From: Mobula hypostoma
Taxonomy: Eukaryota
Reading direction: 5' to 3'
DNA: 64,000 nt
Assembly: GCF_963921235.1 (NCBI RefSeq)
Contig: NC_086101.1
Coordinates: 1,860,001 to 1,924,000, forward strand
The translations under genes and the position numbers were made by a program. The notes under the pieces were generated by a model. The model worked only from the letters and a program-made list of their open reading frames with translations, was not told the DNA's origin and ran no database searches. Position 1 is the first letter of the stretch; every line of letters starts with the position of its first letter. Below are positions 35,170-47,556 of this stretch, piece by piece.

Positions 35170-38100
35170 TGAGTGAGGAAAAGAGGAGCATATGTCCGGG
35201 TCTCGGGCTCTGTGGCTCAGGAGAGCCGAGAGGTGAAGACAGCTGCAGTGTTGACAGGAGATTCCTCAGTCAGAAATACAGAGAAAAGGTTCTGTAGAGA
35301 CATCCAGGTGGTATGTGGCCTCCCCGGTGCCAGAATCAGGGATGTCTTGTATCGGGTCGATGGCATTCTCAAGGACGAGGTTGAGTAGCCAGAAGTCTTG
35401 ATGCATATTGGCACCAATGACATAGGTGGACAAGGTGAGGAGGTCTCGAAGAGAGATCTTAGACAGCCAGGTAGAAAGCTGAGAAACAGGGCCTCCAGGT
35501 AGTAATCTCTAGATTGCTGCCTGTGCCATGCTCCAGTGAGGGGAGGAACAGGTTGGTTTGGCAGCTGAGTGTGTGGTTGAGGGGCTGGTGCAGGGGACAG
35601 GGCTTCAGATTTATGGGTCATTGGGATCTCTTCTAGGGAAGGCATGACCTGTGCAAAAAGAATGGGTCACACCTGAACACAAGGTGGTGCGATATCCTTG
35701 TGGGCAGTGTGGCAGGAGTATTTCAGGTTAGTTTAAACTAATTTGGCAGGGGGGTGGGAACCATGGTGATAGTGCTGAAGATTGGGTAATTGGCAAGCAC
35801 AAACAACGTGTAGTGAGAGGCCGATGATAGGGCAAAGTTGCAATCAACAGGATGAGTTGCATCAAAAACCGGTGAATACAGTACTGAAGGTGTTATATTT
35901 CAACGTGCACAGTATATAGAATAAGGCAGATGAGCTGCACAGTTACAGATTGACAAGTATGATGTTGTAGGCATCACTGAATCATGGCTGAAAGATTATA
36001 GCTGGGAGCTTCATGTCCAAGGATACAGATTGCATCAAAAGGGCAGGTGGGGGGGGGGGCAGCATTGATCTGTTGGTAAAAAATGAAGTTAAATATTAGA
36101 AAGAGGTGACATGGGGTCAGAAGGTGTTGAATTATTGTGGATAGAGCTGAGGAACTGCAAGGGTAGAAAGATTGTGATGGGAGTTGTATACAGACCTCCA
36201 AAGGATGTGGCCTGCAGATTAAAATGCATGCCACAGACACATTGTTACGATAGTCATGGGGGATTTCATTATGCAGGTAGACTGGGAAAATCAGGTTGGT
36301 GCTGGATTCCAAGAGGGACGTTTTTTGAGATGTTTCTTCAGAGCGGCCCATGGCTGAGCCACAAGGGGATCAGCTATCCTGGATTGGCTATTGCACAATG
36401 AACTGGAATTGATTCGAGTTTAAGTTAAAAGAAAGCTTAGGGGTCAGTGATCATGATATGATCGAATTCACCCTGCACTTTGAGAAGAAGCAGCTAAGTC
36501 TGATGTATCAATGTTACAATGAAGTAAAGGCATGTGAGAGGAGCTGCCCAGGATTGATTGGACAAGAACACTGCAGGGATGACAGCAGAGCAGCAATGCC
36601 TGGAATTTCAGGAAGCAATTCAGAAGGGACAGGATATATGCAGCCCAAAGAGAAAGAAATACTCTGAAGGAAAGATGAGCAACCATGGCTAACAAGAGAA
36701 GTCAAAGCCAACATAAAAGCCAAAGGGAGGGCATATAATAAAGCTAAAATTAGTGGGAAGTTAGAGGATTGAGAAGCTTTGAAAAACCAGCAAAAGGCAA
36801 CCAAAATAGCCACTAAAAATGTGAAGGTGGAATACAAAAATAAGCTAACCAATAATATTAAAGAGGATACCAAAACTAGTCTGAAGGTAGATAAGTACCT
36901 GGAACAGACAGTTTTGAAAGAAGTGAATGAAGAGATTGTGGAGGCATTAGTAATAATCTCTCAAGACTCACTAGATTCTGGAATGGTTCCGGAAGACTGG
37001 AGAATTGCAAATGTCACTCCACTCTTCAAGAAGGGAGGCAGGCAGAAGAAAGGAAATTACAGGCCAGTTAGTCTGACCACAGTGGTTGGGAAGATGTTGG
37101 AGTGGATTGCTAAGGCGTGGTTTCAGGGTACTTGGGCACGTATGTATTCAGTCTATTCATATTTCCTCAGGGAAAAACCTTGCCTGACAAATGCCTTGGA
37201 ATTCTTTGAAGAAATCATTTGATGTTGTGTACTTGGATTTTCAGAAGTCCTTTGACACATGAGGCTGCTTAACGAGCTACAAGCCCATGGTATTACAGGG
37301 AAGATTCTAGCATGGATAAAGCAGTGGCTGATTGGCAGGAAGCAAAAAGTGGGAATAAAGGGAGCCTTTTCTGGTTGGCTGTCGGTGACTAGTGGTGTTT
37401 CACGGGGGTCAGTGTTGGGACCAATTCCTTTCACATTATATGTTAATGATTTGGATGATGGAATTGTCCAAACTTTGATGCAAAGTTTGCATATGATAAA
37501 AGTTAAGTGAAGAGGCAGGTTGTTTTGAGGAAGTAGAGAGGACTCAGACAGATTAGGAGAATGGGCAAAGAAATGGCAGATGGAATCTAGAGTAGGGCAG
37601 TATGGCCATGCGCTTTGGTTCTAAATTGAGAGAAAATACAAAACCTGAGGCACAAAGGGACTTGGGAGCTTCCGTGCAGGATTCCCTAAAGGTTCACTTG
37701 CAGGTTGAGTCAATGGTGAGGAAGGTAAATGCCATGTTAGTTCATTTCAAGAGAACTGGAATTTAAAGTCAAAGATGTAATGTTGAAACTTTATAAAGAA
37801 GTAGCGAGGCCTCGTTGAAGTATTGAGAGCAGTCTTGAAAAGGATGTGCTGAAACTGGAGAGTGTTGAAAGGGGTTTCACAAAGATGATCCCAGGATTGA
37901 ATGGCTTGTCATTTGAAGAGCGTCTGGTGGTTCTGGGCCTGTATTCACTAAAATTCAGAAGAATAAGGGGTGACCGCATTGAAACCAATTAAGTGGTGAA
38001 AGTCCTTGATAGAGTGGATGTGGAGAGGATGCTTCTTCTGGTGGGAGAGTCCAAAACCAGAGGACACAGCCTCAGAACAGAGGAACGTTCTTGTAGTACA

Positions 38101-38330
38101 GAGATAAGGAGGAATTTCTTTAGCCAGAGAGAGGTGAATCTGTGGAATTTATTACCACAGGCAGCTGTAGAGGCCAAGTCTTTATGTCTATTTAAGGCAG
38201 GGGCTGATGGAGTCTTGATTGGTCAGGGCATGAAGGGATACGGGGAGAAGGCAGGAGATTGGGGCTGAGAGGAAAACTGAATCAGCCACGACGGCTTAAT
38301 TCTGCTCCTATATCTTATTCTCTTATGTGA
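35170..38330 (+). mobile_element. Old, heavily degraded CR1 LINE (ORF1 esterase to 3' end)
   Basis: GDSSVR...PGARIRDV; KGNYRPVSLTTVVGK; SGVSRGSVLGP; 3' end at ~38325. Confidence 0.92.
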
Positions 38331-38766
38331 CTTAGTTACCGTCCTATGATTAAAAATACCTTGTGCCGAGACTATACCTACTTGCTCCTTTCTTTATTTG
38401 TGTGTGGTTAAGACTAAAGTTCCGAGCACCTAGTTTCTGTATTGTGTAAAAGAAAGCACCTTCCACTGGCGTCCAGGATGCACTGACTGTGAGACAGACT
38501 CCCCGTGATAAACCTCGTAAATGAAGTAAACTTAATTCTCGTCTGAGTCCGCATTTCTATGTCCGATCAGGATAGTTAGCTTCGTTAGCACTACCCCAGC
38601 GCACTGTGTAACGATTTGACCTGTTTGACAAGCTTTAACTGAATCCCAGCACATGTGAGAACAATAACCAATACCAATATCACGAGGAACTGTAAGCAAC
38701 ACTTTCCAGTGAAGATAGTGTTTATTGACATTAGGATAGCGATTGCTACGGCAAACAATATTCTAC

Positions 38767-38967
38767 TTAAAGAGCAGGCGACACAAAACTGCTCAATGAA
38801 AGCAGCTTGTGCAGAATAAGTTGCGCAGGAAAATCCAACGTGTCACTTGCAGCGTGGTGGAAAGGGAACGGGCAACCATCTCTGCCCATGGCCATGTCAC
38901 GGAGTGTGGCGGTGAACAGCAGGGAAACTCCTTCAGCTATTAACCCGGCATCCTGCACAGCGAGCGG
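38767..38967 (-). pseudogene. Frameshifted continuation of the nSMase-like catalytic domain
   Basis: Removing 4 nt at 38971-38968 gives YF-PLAVQDAGLIAEGVSLLFTATLRDMAM...ASDTLDFPAQLILHKL, aligning with remembered SMPD3 YFEYILYDVG...SGLLFASRYPIMDV...DDALASKGALFLKV. Confidence 0.6.
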
Positions 38968-38983
38968 CGCTGAAATACCTCAC

Positions 38984-39168
38984 CATATAGTCTCTCAGAC
39001 GCCGCGTCTCGGCCGCGGTCAGCCCCTCGTCCCTCTCCTGCTCTGCCCGCTGGAAGACAAAGATTTCAGCGCAGAACCAACCCAACATGGGTTCCTCCTT
39101 CAGGATGGATTCTTTAACAGCCTCTGCATTGGTTACACCATCAATAATGGCCAGGAGGTTTGATCTGC
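38984..39168 (-). CDS. SMPD3-like: Exon (185 nt, phase 1-0) of a diverged SMPD3/SMPD5-like gene; start of the EEP domain
   Basis: Acceptor TTTTGCTTCTATTTGCAG, donor ATG|GTGAGG. Reads (G)RSNLLAIIDGVTNAEAVKESILKEEPMLGWFCAEIFVFQRAEQERDEGLTAAETRRLRDYM, in phase with the 39888 donor. Confidence 0.75.
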
Positions 39169-39269
39169 CTGCAAATAGAAGCAAAAGTTTAGAGCCACGT
39201 CGCCGTCAACATGAGCAGAGGCCCCGATGAAGGACCCACTGGCGAATGGGGAGGGGGTGTCTCACTGAA

Positions 39270-39752
39270 TATTGAGAGGGCCCTGAAAATTAACCCGGTA
39301 ATGAAAGGGTTAACATACAAGGCACATTTGACCGTTTGCTGGAGTTTAGAAGAATGAAGGGAGATCTCAGTGACAGGTACCAAATATAGAGAGTGGACGC
39401 GGAGCGATGTGTGGGGGGGTCTAGGACCAGCGGGCACAGTTTGTCCCTGTATTCAAACCAATTTCCCCCTGGGATCAATAAAGTGTGACTATGACTATGA
39501 CTATAGGAAAGAGATGAGAAGGAATTTCTTTAGCCAGAGGATGGTGAATCTGTGGAAATCATTGCTACAGATGGCTGTGGGTGCCAAGTCATTGAGTATA
39601 CTTAAAATGAAGATTGCTAGATTCTTGATCAGACAAAGGTTACAGGGAGAAGTCAGGAACATGGAGTCGAGAGGGATAATAAATCAGCCATGATGGAATG
39701 GTGGAGCAGACTCGATGGGCCAAATGGCCTAATTCTGTTCCGTTGTCTGATC
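39270..39752 (+). mobile_element. CR1 3' fragment inside the intron of the nSMase-like gene
   Basis: EMRRNFFSQRMVNLWKSL; CR1 3' end GGCCTAATTCTG. Confidence 0.85.
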
Positions 39753-39887
39753 CCGTTTGCCCAGCACCCCGGGTGACTGGCAGTAAAGGCCGAAGTTTTC
39801 TGCCCTACCCGTCAGCTAAGGGTTAAAACAGCACTGCGGTCTGCTCTGTTTACCTTCCCATTCTGGTTCAGAACTAGTCACACATAC

Positions 39888-40359
39888 CAACTTTCAAAGT
39901 CAAGTGTTTGAGGTAGAGGTGATGGAGAGAACGCTGCCCGTCACTCAGCCTCCGGCCCTCCGTGGTACGGCTGTCGTAGAGGACATACAAGGTGGCCGGC
40001 TTCCTGATGCACACACACCACAGGTAGTAGAGGCAGGGCAGCAACCAGAGGCACGGCAGGCACCAGAGGCAGTGTGGGCACACTGGGCACGGCCCCGCCG
40101 AGAACAGGCATGCCAGGCACCACAGCGAGCACAGCCAGGGCGCGGCGCTCAGGAGGAGCAGGCCGGCGTCCAGCACGCAGCGGCCCAGCAGGGTGGCACG
40201 GGGCAGCCCGCCCTCCCCCGCGGTCCACTGGTGGCCGTAGGCATGTAGGCGTTGGCACACAGCCCCACACAGGCAGAGCGTGCACCAGCTGATGGCCCAC
40301 CCTGCCCGTCGGCACCGGCTCATGTAGACCTGCTCGTAGTGCAGCTCCAGGTCTCCCAT
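39888..40359 (-). CDS. SMPD3-like: First coding exon of a diverged SMPD3/SMPD5-like gene: Cys-rich hydrophobic N-terminal membrane domain
   Basis: GC/CpG-rich open frame, Kozak ACAATGG, donor G|GTATGT. CRRAGWAISWCTLCLCGAVCQRLHA has the same C-x2-A-x3-[IV]SW-x5-C-x5-RL-x-A spacing as remembered SMPD3 CLSALHCVSWALIFPCYWLVDRLAA; IRKP corresponds to ARRP. An alternative in-frame ATG lies at 40470. Confidence 0.78.
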
Positions 40360-40514
40360 TGTCTGCAGGTAGGTCAGACACCCCTGGGCCGGCTGCCCAT
40401 CCGTCAGCGACTTAATGCGTACACGACCCCGGACAAGCACAGCCTGCTGGCTCTCTGCGTTGGAGCCCATCCCAGCGGCACTGGAGGTGGAGACAAACCC
40501 TGAGCCTGCCGATC

Positions 40515-40556
40515 TATTTAAAGGCGATCTGGGCGGAATTTTCCAGGCACCACGTG
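40515..40556 (-). promoter_or_regulatory. Candidate core promoter: E-box, NF-kB-like site, GC box, TATA-like element
   Basis: CACGTG 40551-40556, GGAAAATTCC 40544-40535, CCGCCC 40536-40531, TTTAAATA 40522-40515; ordered upstream of the CpG-rich exon. Confidence 0.4.
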
Positions 40557-41303
40557 CAAACGCTGGTCCTTTCCTGTCAGTCACCTTCTGCGCAAATACT
40601 CCTGTACATTTCTTTCTTTATTAATCTTTTTTATTGATTTAAAAGAAGCATAAATACAATCAAAAGGAGAATTATCTCATATATCAGTAACAATACAAAC
40701 CAAGTTTAAGATAGACATTGTCAAAATTATAGGTATTGTTAAACTAGTATAAAGTATATAATTTAAAAAATGAAAACAGTAATTCTCCCCTTATCAGTTT
40801 ATGAAGAGGAAAGAAAAAAAATTGAGCTTTAAATGAAGAGAGAAAAAAGCCTCACTACTCTATATTAAAAAAAAAGGGACTGGGCAGTCCATTCTGAGGA
40901 TACGACCAAAAAAAAAAGAAAGACTTTCCGATCAAATCTAAAACTTCGAAAAAAAGATTGAAAGGGTAATAAATCAAATTAAATGAAAATATTGGATAAA
41001 AGGTCACCAGATTTGCTCAAATTTAAAGGATGTATCAAAAGACCGACTTCTTATTTTCTCTAAACTTAAACAGGACATAATGGAGGAGAGCCAATAAAAG
41101 ACCGTAGGTGGATTAGAATCCTTCCACTTCAGTAAAGTGGCTCTCCTAGCCAGTAAGGTTGAAAAGGCCATCATACTTTGAGCAGAAATAGGAATATTTC
41201 CTGTTTCCGACGGGATAATCCCAAAAAATTGCCGTAAGCAAATTAGGTTGTAGATCCAGATCGAAAAGTCTTGATAGTGTTTTAAAAACATCTCTCCAAA
41301 AGT

Positions 41304-41508
41304 AAACAACAGGAATTCTGCAGATGCTGGAAATTCAAGCAACACACATCAAAGTTGCTGGTGAACACAGCAGGCCAGGCAGCATCTGTAGGAAGAGGTA
41401 CAGTCGATGTTTCAGGCCGAGATGTTTCAGGGTCTCGGCCTGAAACGTCGACTGCACCTCTTCCTACAGATGCTGCCTAGCCTGCTGCATTCACCAGCAA
41501 CTTTGATG
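41304..41508. mobile_element. Palindromic Penelope-like insert with an 11-bp TSD
   Basis: Same family as 24488; TSD TCTCCAAAAGT at 41293-41303 and 41509-41519. Confidence 0.85.
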
Positions 41509-41806
41509 TCTCCAAAAGTTATCTACCTTTATACAAGACCAATACATACGAGTTAAAGTGGCCAACTCAGTATTACATCTGTCACAAATAGGATTAATAT
41601 TGGAGAAAATACATGCTAGTTTATCCTTTGACATATGGGCCCAGTGCACAACCTTGAATTGTATCAAGGATTGATGAGCACAAATAGATGAGTCATTAAC
41701 CAAATGAAAAATTTTACTTCATTGATTATCTGTAAATGACTCTTGAAGTTCTAATTCCCATGCACATTTAATTTTATCATTAGATATCATTCATAAACTC
41801 AATAAC

Positions 41807-44800
41807 ACAGAAACATAGAATAGTACAGCACAGTACAGGCCCTTCGGCCCACAATGTTGTGCCGACCCTCAAACCCTGCCTCCCATATAATCCCCCACCT
41901 TAAATTCCACCATATACCTGTCTAGTAGTCTCTTAAACTTCACTAGTGTATCTGCCTCCACCACTGACTCAGGCAGTGCATTCCACGCACCAACCACTCT
42001 CTGAGTAAAAAACCTTCCTCTAATATCCCCCTTGAACTTCCAAACCCCTTACCTTAAAGCCATGCCCTCTTGTATTGAGCAGTGGTGCCCTGGGGAAGAG
42101 GCGCTGGCTATCCACTCTATTTATTCCTCTTATTATCTTGTACACCTCTATCATGTCTCTTCTCGTCCTCCTTCTCTCCAAAGAGTAAAGCCCTAGCTCC
42201 CTTAATAAAGGCATCCATTAGTCTTGCGAGACCATAGATCTGTGCCTGGAAAGTCTTCACTCTCCAGGGCGCAGGCCTGGGCAAGGTTGTATGGAAGACC
42301 AGCAGTTGCCCATGCTGCAAGTCTCCCCTCTCCATGACACCAATGTTGTCCAAGGGAAGGGCATTAGGACGCATACAGCTTGGCACCAGTGTCATCACAG
42401 AGCACTGTGTGATTAAGTGCCTTGCTGAAGGACACAGCACATTCCCTCAGCTGGGGCTCGAACTCACGACCTTCAGGTAGCTAGTCCAATGCCTTAACCA
42501 CTTGGCCACGTGCCCAAGTGGCCTTAATCTCTGATCATAATGCATACTCTCTAAACCAGGCAGCATCCTGGTAAATCTCCTCTATACCCTTTCCAATGCT
42601 TCCACATCCTTCCTATAGTGAGGCGACCAGAACTGGACACAGTACTCCAAGTGTGGCCTAACCAGAGTTTTATAGAGCTGCATCATTACATCGCGACTCT
42701 TAAACTCTATCCCTCGACTTATGAAAGCTAACACTCCATAAGTTTTCTTAACTACCCTATCTATCTGTGAGGCAACTTTCAGGGATCTGTGGACATGTAC
42801 CCCCAGATCCCTCTGCTCCTCCACACTACCAAATATCCTGCCAATTATTTTGTACTCTGCCTTGGAGTTTGTCCTTCCAAAGTGTACCACCTCACACTTC
42901 TCCGGGTTGAACTCCATCTGCCACTTCTCAGCCCACTTCTGCATCCTATCAATGTCTCTCTGCAATCTTTGACAATCCTCTACACTATCTACAACACCAC
43001 CAACCTTTGTACCGTCTGCAAACTTGCCAACCCACCCTTCTACCCCCACATCCAGGTCGTTAATAAAAATCACGAAAAGTAGAGGTCCCAGAACAGATCC
43101 TTGTGGGACACCACCAGTCACAACTCTCCAATCTGAATGTACTCCCTCCACCACGACCCTCTGCCTTCTGCAGGCAAGCCAATTCTGAATCCACCCGGCC
43201 AAACTTCCCTGGATCCCATGCCTTCTAACTTTCTGAATAAGGCTACGGTGTGGAACCTTGTCAAATGCCTTACTAAAATCCATATAGATCACATCTACTA
43301 CACTACCCTCATCTATATGCCTGGTCACCTCCTCAAAGAACTCTATCAGGCTTGTTAGACATGATCTGCCCTTCACAAAGCCATGCTGACTGTCCCTGAT
43401 CAGACCATGATTCTCTAAATGCCCTTAGATCCTATCACTAAGAATCTTTTCCAACAGCTTTCCCACCACAGACATAAGGCTCATTGTTCTATAATTACCC
43501 AGACTATCCCTACTACCTTTTTTGAACAAGGGGACAACATTCGCCTCCCTCCAATCCTCCGGTACCATTCCCGTGGACAACGAGGACATAAAGATCCTAG
43601 CCAGAGGCTCAGCAATCTCTTCTCTCGCCTCGTGGAGCACCCTGGGGAATATTCCGTCAGGCCCCGGGAACTTATCCGTCCTAATGTATTTTAACAACTC
43701 CAACACCTCATCTCCCTTAATATCAACATGTTCCAGAACATCACCCTCACTCATATTGTCCTCACCATCATCAAGTTCCCTCTGATTGGTGAATACCGAA
43801 GAGAAGTATTGATTGAGGACCTTGCTCACTTCCACAGTCTCCAGGCACATCTTCCCACCTTTGTGTCTAATCGGTCCTACCTTCACTCCTGTCATCCTTT
43901 TTTTCTTCACATAATTGAAGAATGCCTTGGGGTTTTCCTTTATCCTACTCGCCAAGGCCTTCTCATGCCCCCTTCTTGCTCTTCTCAGCCCCTTCTTAAG
44001 CTCCTTTAATGCTCCCCTATATTCCTCAATAGACCCATCTGATCCTTGCTTCCTAAACCTCATGTATGCTGCCTTCTTCCTCCTGACTAGATTTTCCACC
44101 TCACTTGTCACCCATGGTTCCTTCACCCTACCATTCTTTATCTTCCTCACTGGGACAAATTTATCCCTAACATCCTGCAAGAGATCCCTAAACATCTACC
44201 ACATGTCCATAGTACATTTCCCTGCAAAAACATCATCCCAATTCACACCCGCAAGTTCTAGCCTTATAGCCTCATAATTTGCCCTTCCCCAATTAAAAAT
44301 TTTCCTATCCTCTCTGTTTCTATCCTTTTCCATGATAATGCTAAAGGCCAGGGAGCAGTGGTCACTTTCCCCCAGATGCTCACCCACTGAGAGATCTGTG
44401 ACCTGACCCGGTTCATTACCTAGTACTAGATCTAGTATGGCATTCCCCCTGGTCAGCCTGTCCACATACTGTGACAGGAATCCGTCCTGGTCACACTTAA
44501 CAAACTCTGCCCCATCTAAACCCTTGGAACTAATCAGGAGCCAATCAATATTAGGGAAGTTAAAGTCACCCATGATAACAACCCTGTTATTTTTGCACCT
44601 TTCCAAAATCTGCCTCCCAATCTGCTCCTCTGTATCTCTGCTGTTACCAGGGGGCCTATAGAATACCCCCAGTAGAGTAACTGCTCCCTTCCTGTTCCTG
44701 ACTTCCACCCATATTGACTCAAAAGAAGATCCTGCTACATTACCCACCCTCTCTGTAGCTGTAATAGTATCCCTGACCAGTAATGCCACCCCTCCTCCCC

Positions 44801-46162
44801 TTTTTCTGCCCTCTCTATCCCTTTTAAAGCACTGAAATCCAGGAATATTGAGAATCCATTCCTGCCCTGGTGCCAGCCAAGTCTCTGTAATGGCCACTAC
44901 ATCATAATTCCATGTATGTATCCAAGTTCTCAGTTCATCACCTTCCTGATGCTTCTTGCATTGAGGTACACACATTTCAACCCTTCTACCTTACTGTCTT
45001 TACACCGTTTATTCTGCTTCTCTTTCCTCAAAGCCTCTCTGTATGTTAGATCTGGCTTTACCCCATGCACTTCTTTCACTGCTCTATCGCTCTGGGTCCC
45101 ATCCCCCTCGCAAATTAGTTTAAACCCTCCAGAACCATGCTAGTAAACCTACCTGCAAGGATATTGCTCCCCCTTGAGTTCAGGTGCAACACATCCAATC
45201 TGTACAGGTCCCACTTCCCTAGAAGAGATCCCAATGATCTAAAAATCTAAAACCCTGCTCCCTGCACCGACTCCTCAGCCATACATTCAACTGCCATCTC
45301 CTCCAATTCTTACCATCTCTGTCACGTAGCACTGGCAGTAATCCTGAGAATGTCACCCTTGAGGTCCTGTTCTTCAGCCTTCTGCCTAGTTCCCAAAACT
45401 CACACTTCAGGACCTCATCCCTCTTCCTGCCTATGTCGTTGGTCCCAACATATATCACAACTTCTGGTTGCTTTCCCTCTCATACCAGGATGTCGTGCAC
45501 CCGGTCAGAGACATCCCGGACCCTGGCACCCGGAAGGCAACAAACCATGCGGGTGTCCTTCTCACGTCCACAAAATCTCCTGTCTGCTCCCCTGACTATC
45601 GAGTCTCCAATGACGACAGCTCTCCTCTTCTCCGTCCCACCCTCCTGCACCACAGGGTCAGACTCAGTGCCGGAGGCCCTGCCACCGTGGCTCACACCTG
45701 GTCGGTCGTCCCCGCCAACAGTATCCAGGACGGTGTACTTATTATTCAGGGGAATGGCTACAGGGGTGCACTGCACTACCTGTCTGCTCACCTTTGCTTT
45801 CCCCCCTCTGACTGTCACCCAACGACCTGCTTCCGACAGCCTAGGTGTGACTACCTCCCTGTAGCTCTCATCTATGACTGCCTGATTCTCCCTTATGAGT
45901 CGAAGGTCATCCAGCTGCTGCTCCAGATTCCTTACACAGTCTTCCAGATCGCCCAGCCGTATGCACTTCTGGCAGATGTGACTCTGCGGGAGAGGGGCGT
46001 TCCCCCAAGACTGCCACATCTCACATGAGAGGCACATCACCGTCTCAGGAGGCATTGTAAAGACTAACTGCGAGCTAGCTTGTCCTCCGCCTCTTCTCGT
46101 CGAAGCCTCAAAGCTCCACTCACTCACTGGCCCACTCACTCACTGGCCGCTTTCCGCAGTTT
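41807..46162 (-). mobile_element. Near-full-length CR1 LINE nested in the L1
   Basis: ORF1 at 45480-46139 and 45219-45458 (zinc finger, esterase); ORF2 pieces at 44196-44975, 43425-44195 and 42582-43376; possible 5-bp TSD ATAAC. Confidence 0.95.
42207..42521 (-). mobile_element. tRNA-derived SINE (subfamily B) nested in the CR1
   Basis: A and B boxes on the minus strand; TSD CCTTAAT at 42200-42206 and 42522-42528. Confidence 0.92.
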
Positions 46163-46523
46163 ATAACCGTTTATAGATTATAGGATTAATCCTTTCTGAA
46201 ATGGTTTAAACTGAAAAAGAACATCTATCATATTCGGTGAATAAGCAGAAGGGTAATTTGGCAAGAAACAATGTAAAAAATTCCTAATTTGTAAATATCT
46301 AAAAAGTGTACACTAGATAAAGCATATTTATCCATTAACTGAGAAAGACATTAAACAGTCCTCTAAAAACAAATCTGAATAAGTTATTATTCTCTTGGTT
46401 TTTCAAATTCAAAAGGCCTGATCCAAAATTGATGGGTTAAAAAATAATTAAGATGGGTATTACTAGAAAGAATAAAATTATTTAACTCAAAAAATCTATG
46501 AAACTGAAACCAAATTCTTAATG

Positions 46524-46694
46524 CAAACACGAGGAAATCTGCAGATGCTGGAATTTCAAGCAACAGACACAAAAAATGCTGGTGAACACAGCAGGCCAGG
46601 TAGCATCTTTAGGAAGAGGTACAGTCGACGTTTCAGGCCGAGACACTTCGCAGCCTGGCCTGCTGCGTTCAACAGCATTTTTTATGTGTGTTGC
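46524..46694. mobile_element. Partially palindromic Penelope-like insert with a 15-bp TSD
   Basis: TSD ACCAAATTCTTAATG at 46509-46523 and 46695-46709; inverted arms. Confidence 0.82.
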
Positions 46695-47556
46695 ACCAAA
46701 TTCTTAATGTATGTTTAATAATGGGATTAAATTCTTGTCTACTAATCTTAGAAAACAAAAAGGGAAGAGGAGCTCCCAGTAAAGAGGCCAAAGAGAATCC
46801 CTTTCACCGAGTTCTCCTCCAAATCCAACCATGAAGGACACTCATGCATATCTGAAAAGTGAATCCAAAAAGTAATATATCGAATATGAATTGCCCGACA
46901 GTACAGTGTAAAGTTAGGCAAAGCTACCACCTCCTTTTTTTAATTTCACAATAAGGGTTTACTCAATCTGGGATTTTTATTGTTCCAAATACTCCTCACC
47001 AAGCAGCAACTTACATACATATCAATCGATGCCAAATAGCTCATTATGTTTTCATAATTATTATTGTGTTTTTGCCCAGAGTAAAAATTTTGTTCTTCAC
47101 ACGACCGTGATCACTACCTCAGTGCTTTCTCCTCTGTTTTAGCACAAATTTGTTTCACACATACGTAAGAAAGGGGCAAACAGGGGAACATAACGAGACA
47201 GTGATCGTATAGGAAAGATCTTTATACCTTGTGATTTATATTTTCTCATCATGTATTGCAATGTCCTGCTGTCACAAAACAACCCATTTCATGACAGGCA
47301 GTGATATTAAACCTGAGTCTCATTTACTGTCTATTGGAAATCACAGGAAACAATCATGGACAATGTTAACAGAAGTGTCTCAGCCCAAATCATCGCCTGT
47401 TTCTTCCCCTCCTGAGATACTGCCTGAGCTGCAAAGTTCCTGCAGCCTGGCGTCTGTCACTGAACAGACCTGCAGGCTGCAGTGCGACACGACACAGGCA
47501 GCAGCTCCAATCTTCCGCCTGTGTCCACGTCTGGGAGGATCAGGGAGAGAAACTAC

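Larger units (their letters stand above)
40608..46985 (-). mobile_element. L1-clade LINE 3' portion (40608-41806 and 46163-46985), split by nested insertions
   Basis: ALPNFTLYCRAIHIRYITFW; LIQFKVVHWAHMSKDKL...CDRC...TLTRMYWSC (L1 Cys-rich C-terminus); A-rich tail with AATAAA at ~40608-40640. Confidence 0.85.

Noticed and set aside
38326..38615. Possible solo LTR fragment
   Set aside because: It has a TG start and a polyA-like motif, but I could not identify a matching CA end, TSD or second copy.
33800..39168. TIR-domain or ABHD-like interpretation of the minus-strand protein
   Set aside because: Only short resemblances (RRLRDYMGKKY; YYLWCVCIRKP). The many collinear SMPD3-type motifs explain the sequence better.
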